13,041 nucleotides of DNA from Microcoleus phage My-WqHQDG: sequence record OR578707.1. The stretch is one strand, 5' to 3'. Shown here piece by piece: positions 8,153-13,041 of the stretch. Numbering within the stretch: position 1 is the stretch's first letter; each line of letters begins with the position of its first letter. The notes under the pieces are model-generated. The model did no database searches and was not told the DNA's origin. It saw nothing but the letters and a program-made list of their open reading frames with translations. A program made the position numbers and the translations under genes.

Positions 8153-8219
8153 GTAGAGCTGGTTGCTCAGTCTTAGCCTGGTCTGCCATACAATCTGAAC
8201 TTAAAGGCATTAGCTCTAC
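8153..8219. repeat. 8-bp perfect inverted repeat bounding 51 nt, acceptor-stem-like
   Basis: + strand GTAGAGCT (8153-8160) and AGCTCTAC (8212-8219). Total length is tRNA-like (67 nt), but no canonical T-loop sits in the expected position. Confidence 0.55.
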
Positions 8220-8228
8220 TTTGGCTTA

Positions 8229-8266
8229 CCCTCGGTAATAGTCCGAGGGGGAGGTCTTGCACCCCC
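8229..8266 (-). ncRNA. T-arm-like hairpin adjoining a perfect 7-bp hairpin
   Basis: Minus: GGGGG-TGCAAGA-CCTCC (8266-8250) immediately followed by CCCTCGG-ACTATTA-CCGAGGG (8249-8229). Confidence 0.4.
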
Positions 8267-8327
8267 ATCCATGCACTCATCAGTCTCAGCTTGAGTCTTA
8301 GCCTGGCTTGTATCCCCCTAAGGGGAA

Positions 8328-8396
8328 GGGGTGTTATAGGAATTGAACCTACTTCTAGCACATACACTATTGGTACCTACTAAGTTCCTTGCACCC
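8328..8396 (-). tRNA. tRNA-like element, possibly degenerate tRNA; identity not assignable
   Basis: Minus: GGGTGCA...D-loop-like TTAGTAGGTA...GTAGG-TTCAATT-CCTAT-AACACCC-C. Only 5 of 7 acceptor pairs form, total is about 69 nt and the anticodon arm is not convincing. Confidence 0.4.
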
Positions 8397-8400
8397 ATAA

Positions 8401-9678
8401 TTATGATACCACATTATAACTATAACCATCTTTCCTTTGTAGAATCTTACAACACTTATAAGTCAGATAAACCTTTGATACAACAAAGTTACCATTCGAG
8501 CGTACAGTAACTCTACCTTTGTAGGTTCCAATGTACTTACCAACAGTTACTAATGCTCTTACAATATCACCTGTCTGAAACCCATGCACAAATCTAAACC
8601 TACCTCTATGTCTTGATGGGAACCCATACTTATCAATACCACACATCTGCCGGTTGCCATGGCCCATAGCTTTTATATTCAATGGTTGGCTTGCTAGTAC
8701 ATTTATCTCTGGAGTATTACCAACACAGGCGGCGTCATAGTAGTGCGTCTTTGGTAATCCTAACCGTACCCTATTGTACTTGGTCAGGCCACCACTACCA
8801 GTCAGTATTACTTTCCCAGTGCCTTTGAGTGCATTGTGTAATGCCCAGCGTGTACTATTAACAGCGGCGGCATCTTTAAGTGGGCGTTTTACCTGGCTAA
8901 GAATACGAGTCAAAAGCTTGGGCTTCTTGGAGAGGAAGTCTTTGATATCTTGGGTTCCCTTCTGGGTATTACATTTAACACATGCTAGACACAGATTAGA
9001 TATTCTATTAGTGCCACCTTTAGACTTTGGGTGGATGTGCTCCACTTGTAGTGGTATCCCTTCCTTCGAGCAATAGGTACACTTTCTATCCCACTTATTG
9101 AGTAGATACTCTCGTACTTCATACCCAGCTAAGGTACCTTGGGTATACTCAACCCCAGAGATCTCAGGGTTATCCACGGCTTGCATATCAAATCGTACTA
9201 GCTCTTGATATATAGTATCAATGAGAGCTACCTTAGATAGTTTATTGACCCAGGTCATGGTTGTATGAACCCTATGCATCAAACTTGGTGCTAGCCATCC
9301 CTTGGGTTTAGTCCTATTAAGAAACCTAGATTTACGGTACCGTGTCTTCCTTGATCTACGCTTACGCCTCTGACACTTACGGGAGTACAGTGATGCCTGG
9401 ATTGCTGAACCACGATGTGTGAGCTCAGCCACCCATACCAAGTTAGTACCTATCAGTAATGCTAACCCGGTGACCTTAGAGCCGGGGTCGATCTTCAAGG
9501 TTGCTGCCTCTACTACCGGGTCCGGTACTTCTTTCTTCAAGATGATCGTAAATGGGTACAGCCGATATACAGCCGCCTTCCCCGCTGTGAGCAGTTTACG
9601 GGCAAGAGAGGGCTTACATGGTAACAGGGGCCTCTTCTGTGAATCTAGTACGAAGACATAGTTGGGTTTGGTAGACAT
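8401..9678 (-). CDS. iscB: IscB-family RNA-guided RuvC/HNH nuclease (425 aa; track ORF uses TTG at 9690)
   Basis: PLMP-like N-terminus (VFVLDSQKRPLLPCKPSLARKLLTAGKAAVYRLYPFTIILKKE); RuvC-I LKIDPGSKVTGLALL; Arg-rich bridge RKCQRRKRRSRKTRYRKSRFLNR; RuvC-II YQELVRFDMQ; GVEYTQGTLAGYEVREYLLNKWDRKCTYC; HNH CTYC...VEHIHPKSKGGTNRISNLCLACVKCN; RuvC-III THYYDAACVG; C-terminal GFQTGDIVRA...GTYKGRVTVRSNGNF... Confidence 0.95.
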   Translation of the reverse strand: MSTKPNYVFVLDSQKRPLLPCKPSLARKLLTAGKAAVYRLYPFTIILKKEVPDPVVEAATLKIDPGSKVTGLALLIGTNLVWVAELTHRGSAIQASLYSRKCQRRKRRSRKTRYRKSRFLNRTKPKGWLAPSLMHRVHTTMTWVNKLSKVALIDTIYQELVRFDMQAVDNPEISGVEYTQGTLAGYEVREYLLNKWDRKCTYCSKEGIPLQVEHIHPKSKGGTNRISNLCLACVKCNTQKGTQDIKDFLSKKPKLLTRILSQVKRPLKDAAAVNSTRWALHNALKGTGKVILTGSGGLTKYNRVRLGLPKTHYYDAACVGNTPEINVLASQPLNIKAMGHGNRQMCGIDKYGFPSRHRGRFRFVHGFQTGDIVRALVTVGKYIGTYKGRVTVRSNGNFVVSKVYLTYKCCKILQRKDGYSYNVVS

Positions 9679-9690
9679 GTTTGTGTCCAA

Positions 9691-9935
9691 TCGAGTTACC
9701 CCGTGAAGTTAGCTTCGCCAATGTTATCTAAGCTTGTTATACCTACAACACTACCCCAGTGACCATAGGGTTGTTTAATTGCCGGTGACAGGGCATGGGG
9801 CTAGCTACGCACCTCAAGATGTCATGACTCAGATAACGTAGTCAGTAAAGACTGAGGCTGGTCAGAATAGCTAGTTGGATTACTCCTTCAAGCTTATAAT
9901 GAGGTTCCTGACGATACCCATTCCCCATATAAAAC
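9691..9935 (-). ncRNA. Candidate omegaRNA scaffold upstream of iscB (boundaries unknown; could extend to about 9960)
   Basis: Non-coding, iscB-proximal and on the same strand, which is the expected omegaRNA position. Contains long-range stem 9729-9736/9889-9896 (8 bp), internal stem 9801-9807/9868-9874 (7 bp), hairpin TCAGT/ACTGA (9842-9855), iscB-proximal hairpin GAAG-CTAA-CTTC (near 9706-9717), and a possible pseudoknot between CCCCATG (9794-9800) and CACGGGG (9699-9705). Confidence 0.6.
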
Positions 9936-9961
9936 CCAGCTACATACTGTAGTTAACTGGG
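9936..9961. repeat. Hairpin followed on the minus strand by GTTTTAT
   Basis: + strand CCCAG-CTAC-atact-GTAG-ttaa-CTGGG. On minus the stem is followed by TTTTATA, so it is terminator-like or marks the omegaRNA 5' region. Confidence 0.45.
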
Positions 9962-9968
9962 AGTTCAG

Positions 9969-10001
9969 TTTGGTACACTTATTATATTATAGTGTACCAA
10001 A
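9969..10001. repeat. Perfect 11-bp inverted repeat with 11-nt AT-rich loop
   Basis: TTTGGTACACT (9969-9979) / TATTATATTAT / AGTGTACCAAA (9991-10001). It abuts the tRNA-like element at 10001-10068. Confidence 0.85.
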
Positions 10002-10068
10002 GGGTATCCTGGGAATTGAACCCAGCCCCAGCACGTGCTTGTCACATCATCTGGAGTACCATATACCC
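10001..10068 (-). tRNA. tRNA-like element (short, about 68 nt), identity not assignable
   Basis: Minus: GGGTATA...CTGGG-TTCAATT-CCCAG-GATACCC-T gives a perfect T-arm and 6 of 7 acceptor pairs. The region between acceptor and T-arm is 36 nt, shorter than canonical, and the D-arm is unclear. Confidence 0.45.
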
Positions 10069-10114
10069 GTGTGTGCTACCTTATAATGATAGCACATCAT
10101 AACTGATATTTGTA

Positions 10115-10861
10115 CTATGCGGTGAGGATATCCTTGAATAGGTAATCCACCACCTTCTGCCTCCCACCTAGATCCTTAACCTTATGTGCATTGGCCTCTG
10201 CCAGAGCATCCCCTATTGCCTTCTCCAAGGCCTCTACATTCGACACTAGCTTATTCTTTAGTGGTAAGGGGATAGCACCCGATTGGTCTACCTTAGACCA
10301 TGTACCGACTGCTACATCCTCATCCCATGTCGTGACCTGTGCGGGGTGCTTGTCAGTGGCAGGGGCCAATGTCATCATCCGCTTAGTCTTCTGTGTCTTG
10401 TAGGTCGTCATAGGTGGTGATACGTACACCTCACTATTAGGGTTGAAGTCCCATTGCGTGCTAGGGTCGAGCGTTGGTAACTTACTCACTAGTGTGTAAA
10501 TGTCTGCTACCTGCTTCTTCAACTCCATCAAGAATGTAGGGGGTACCTTACTAAACATGATCTCTCCCTGCACTACCACATCCACCAATACCTCAGTGTT
10601 GCCTTGGTTGAGGCTGATGCTGTCGTTGATGTACGCATTAAGGGGGTGCATTATAGACAGTAACTCCTTAGTCACTGTAGTCTGTACGAGGTTGGACTCT
10701 GGTGGGAACTGTGCCCCTTCCTCTGTTAGTGGCTGGTACGTGCGGGTGAGACCAGTATACACTGATGCTTTCTGTAGCTTCTGGTATACCCCTGTTAGGG
10801 TAGCCTTGAGGACTTTCTTACTGTCGGAAGCATGTCCGATGACCTGTGATAGTAATGGCAT
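10115..10861 (-). CDS. Conserved phage protein of unknown function (248 aa), possibly DUF7873-like
   Basis: TGLTRTYQPLTEEGAQFPPESNLVQ...VVVQGEIMFSKVPPTFLMELKKQ...LPTLDPSTQW...DKHPAQV resembles a protein commonly encoded near rII-like genes. The DUF number is from memory. Confidence 0.65.
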   Translation of the reverse strand: MPLLSQVIGHASDSKKVLKATLTGVYQKLQKASVYTGLTRTYQPLTEEGAQFPPESNLVQTTVTKELLSIMHPLNAYINDSISLNQGNTEVLVDVVVQGEIMFSKVPPTFLMELKKQVADIYTLVSKLPTLDPSTQWDFNPNSEVYVSPPMTTYKTQKTKRMMTLAPATDKHPAQVTTWDEDVAVGTWSKVDQSGAIPLPLKNKLVSNVEALEKAIGDALAEANAHKVKDLGGRQKVVDYLFKDILTA

Positions 10862-10888
10862 ATGGTTAGCTTTCTAATAGGGTGTGGT

Positions 10889-10918
10889 GATGGTACCGTA
10901 ATCTACTACGGTACCATC
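10889..10918. repeat. Perfect 12-bp intergenic inverted repeat, 6-nt loop
   Basis: GATGGTACCGTA (10889-10900) / ATCTAC / TACGGTACCATC (10907-10918). Confidence 0.85.
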
Positions 10919-10937
10919 TTTATACTATAGCTTACAA

Positions 10938-11291
10938 TTAGTTAGCATGTACTAACACATTAACGTTAGCACCCGTCAACCCCCTCTGCGTGGCTGCTGC
11001 TGCAAGTGATGACTTAGTAGCATACATCTGTGCTACACGCTGCATTAATGCACCAACGGCTGCCTCACTATGGAAGTTACAGGTGTAGGTATCATCGCTT
11101 GCTAAGGCATAGCCTAGGTCTTGCTGCAGGGTATCACTACAACCAACGATGGGGTAAGTGATAGAGCTCAGGGTACCGTTATACCCACGGATGGTAGCCT
11201 GGTTTGTTACCCGTAACCCGCAGTCTCTGAGGCATGAGATGAGGATGTTGGCATCCGTGATGATGGTGTGGACTGCTGTAAAATGGGACAT
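10938..11291 (-). CDS. DUF1257 / Ycf35-like protein (117 aa)
   Basis: MSHFTAVHTIITDANILISCLRDCGLRV...RGYNGT...DLGYAL...Y.....VGALMQRVAQMYATKSSLAAAATQRGLT matches the family layout (MSHFTxxxTxIxD...L...L...G). Confidence 0.75.
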   Translation of the reverse strand: MSHFTAVHTIITDANILISCLRDCGLRVTNQATIRGYNGTLSSITYPIVGCSDTLQQDLGYALASDDTYTCNFHSEAAVGALMQRVAQMYATKSSLAAAATQRGLTGANVNVLVHAN

Positions 11292-11365
11292 GGTTCTCTT
11301 TAGTTAGTGGTGTTTACTTTGGATGGACTGACATACTGTGGGCACTGAGGTAGTTTACCCACGGT

Positions 11366-11395
11366 ACGCCAGTGTTATTATATTGGTTCTGGCGT
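11366..11395. repeat. 7-bp inverted repeat with AT-rich 16-nt loop containing TATAAT on the minus strand; possible promoter region for the DUF1257-like gene
   Basis: ACGCCAG (11366-11372) / TGTTATTATATTGGTT / CTGGCGT (11389-11395), located between the rIIB-like stop and the DUF1257-like start. Confidence 0.45.
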
Positions 11396-11416
11396 GAGGT
11401 CAGGACAGTCTAGTGA

Positions 11417-12391
11417 TTAGAACTCACCATCATCCTCATCACAGTCTGCATCATCGTACCCTTCATCATCGTAGTCCTCATCCTCATCACAGCCGGGGTC
11501 GTTAAGGTTGACAGTGATGGATACGGTATATCCTGGCTTATACACCTGCTGCTCGTACTCAGCCTTTGTAGTATCCACGGCCGTGATGGTATAGCTATCA
11601 ACACGGATCTTACTGAAGTTAGAGTCCAAGGGTACGCTGATACAGTTAGCGGGGTACACACGTACTAGCATACGGTCACTATAACCATGGGTGTAACTAT
11701 GGCTACCTACATGCAACCCGGTGCTGCAATCTTGTGATGGGTCATCATTGACACACCGCGTGGCCATGGATACGGTATCCCCTACCGATTGTGGTACCGA
11801 GCCTGAGTGCAGGTCTAGGTAGTCCTTGGTAGTTAATAGCTCGAGGTAGTACCCCGGCTCACTCAAGCGCCTCCCATTGATGCTGGTGTATGGGTTCTGC
11901 GGGCTCTTACTAAAGATAACCTGCGCCTGTTCTTCTGTCATCTCCTTACCCTTGTAGGGGTTAGTGCCCAGACCCTTATAGGCCATGAATGCACCATCAT
12001 CGTACAGTGGGAACTGGTGCTTATCCAGGTACGTGAACAAGACTGAAGCCATACGGTGGGAGGATAGCTTCTGCAGGCGCCGGTTGAAGGCGATGTATGG
12101 GTCGATGGGGACCCCCGCCTCCCACATATCCAATACCTTCTGGCTTAGGGCTAGGCTAGCCAATGGTTCACCATCAATGTGTACTACCCCCTTAATAACT
12201 GATAGGGAACCATTGCCCCACCGTGTGATGGACTCAGTGGGGTCCATCAGTTCTAATAGTTGATCCCATGCCTTGTTGTGGAGAGCCTCCTTCACCTTCT
12301 CATAGTTGGGGCTAGTGCTCAGGATGACCTTGGGGCCCACCTCAGGGAAGAATACTGTAATTGATTGCTTGCTGGCTACTACTGGATACAT
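11417..12391 (-). CDS. rIIB: RIIB-like phage protein (324 aa) with highly acidic C-terminal tail
   Basis: GNGSLSVIKGVVHIDGEPL...FTYLDKHQFPLYDDGAFMAYKGLG...YLDLHSGSVPQSVGDTVSMATRCVNDDPSQDCSTGLHVGSHSYTHGY...MLVRVYPANCISVPLDSNFSKIRVDSYTI is the recognisable RIIB-like pattern. The upstream AAAGGAC is SD-like. Confidence 0.8.
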   Translation of the reverse strand: MYPVVASKQSITVFFPEVGPKVILSTSPNYEKVKEALHNKAWDQLLELMDPTESITRWGNGSLSVIKGVVHIDGEPLASLALSQKVLDMWEAGVPIDPYIAFNRRLQKLSSHRMASVLFTYLDKHQFPLYDDGAFMAYKGLGTNPYKGKEMTEEQAQVIFSKSPQNPYTSINGRRLSEPGYYLELLTTKDYLDLHSGSVPQSVGDTVSMATRCVNDDPSQDCSTGLHVGSHSYTHGYSDRMLVRVYPANCISVPLDSNFSKIRVDSYTITAVDTTKAEYEQQVYKPGYTVSITVNLNDPGCDEDEDYDDEGYDDADCDEDDGEF

Positions 12392-12401
12392 ATGCTGTCC
12401 T

Positions 12402-12758
12402 TTACTTAAGCGTTATGGTGGTTACAGTGGTGGGTGCAGACCCATTAGTCATATCAATGGTGCCCAGGGTGGGTGCAGGCAGTGTATCACCTGCTGCTGC
12501 CACCATAAGGGATGGATTACTAGATAGTATATCCTCCAACACCTTCAACTGCTCTACATTAGGTGTGACTCTATTACCTGCTGGTAGGCAGGCAATACTA
12601 TCACCCTGTCCTACTAGGAATAGCACACCTTTGTGTAATACCCATAGGGGGCTCATTACCCCAGTCTTGGGTACTACCCCATATAGCGGGTCTTGTACCT
12701 TTCTTCTATTTGCCTCACCCATGCGATAAGACGCTCCAATGTCTGTAATGGTTATCAT
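12402..12758 (-). CDS. Hypothetical protein (118 aa)
   Basis: Dominant-strand ORF overlapping the upstream ORF by 4 nt. Confidence 0.65.
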   Translation of the reverse strand: MITITDIGASYRMGEANRRKVQDPLYGVVPKTGVMSPLWVLHKGVLFLVGQGDSIACLPAGNRVTPNVEQLKVLEDILSSNPSLMVAAAGDTLPAPTLGTIDMTNGSAPTTVTTITLK

Positions 12759-13033
12759 TGTCTGTTGTTAGTAGTGGCACCAGTAGTTAGAAACTCATGT
12801 GGTAGATGACCCATAGGGCGTATTAGTTCTCTGAGCATGTGTACTGGCTCCGTACCCTCTACATGTGTACACAGTATACCCCCTAACATATCCATTAATG
12901 TGAACGGGCCTGTACCATCAGGGGGTAGGTTATGCTCGCTAGGGTGGAGGTAGGGGACGAGGTACGTGCAGGTGGATACCATATCCTCTGATATATTAGC
13001 AGCGAGGTAGTACACGCACATGGCGTAGTGCAC
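12755..13033 (-). CDS. Hypothetical protein (92 aa)
   Basis: Dominant-strand ORF overlapping the downstream ORF by ATGA. The start codon lies near the window edge, so the N-terminus may be incomplete. Confidence 0.6.
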   Translation of the reverse strand: MHYAMCVYYLAANISEDMVSTCTYLVPYLHPSEHNLPPDGTGPFTLMDMLGGILCTHVEGTEPVHMLRELIRPMGHLPHEFLTTGATTNNRQ

Positions 13034-13041
13034 CTCAATAG

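Noticed and set aside
7971-8306. CRISPR array
   Set aside because: The periodic elements (about 48 nt) are T-arm-like hairpins whose stems and loops vary. They are not identical direct repeats separated by unique spacers.
8173-8367. Minus-strand 64-aa ORF in the tRNA-like region
   Set aside because: It covers dense RNA-like hairpins and T-arm motifs, and its composition (LRLRLKLRLMSAW) is unlike the neighbouring genes.
8401-9678. Interpretation as Cas9 or a plain HNH homing endonuclease
   Set aside because: The size (425 aa), PLMP-like N-terminus and full RuvC/bridge/HNH order fit IscB. There is no REC lobe, no CRISPR array and no tracrRNA-like anti-repeat.
8401-9961. Complete IS200/IS605 transposon with defined ends
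   Set aside because: I could not identify a TnpA gene or convincing left-end and right-end hairpins with a duplicated TAM from the sequence alone.
12361-12729. Plus-strand 122-aa ORF (and similar antisense ORFs at 10500-10877, 10191-10403, 8774-9076, 9419-9661, 11985-12263, 6216-6536, 367-663)
   Set aside because: These are antisense to genes with family-level support or clear strand bias, and are interpreted as spurious.

Overview
This 13 kb window looks like accessory or early-region DNA from a double-stranded DNA phage. Small, tightly packed ORFs run almost entirely on the minus strand, with several ATGA-type or short overlaps. The most distinctive locus is a complete IscB-family RNA-guided nuclease ORF (8401-9678, minus). 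It has the N-terminal PLMP-like segment, RuvC-I/II/III motifs, an arginine-rich bridge helix and a C-x2-C/C-x2-C HNH domain. No transposase ORF is visible. A 240-310 nt structured non-coding region sits directly upstream, where an omegaRNA is expected. The iscB locus lies in an island of tRNA-like elements (7971-8396 and 10001-10068). Three T-arm-like hairpins in that island repeat about every 48-49 nt, and their acceptor-like 7-mers are complementary in a nested, swapped pattern that ordinary tandem tRNA genes would not produce. The same island carries the only convincing plus-strand gene, a permuted NlpC/P60 (YiiX-like) papain-fold protein. Recognisable phage-associated families are RIIB-like, DUF1257/Ycf35-like, a DUF5662-like protein and an internally duplicated 'DGYxTF...WDGHT' protein. 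A set of adjacent unknown ORFs shares a CxxC-x8/9-CGxG-...-CSxY Cys module. All family calls come from reading motifs in the translations; no database search was run.
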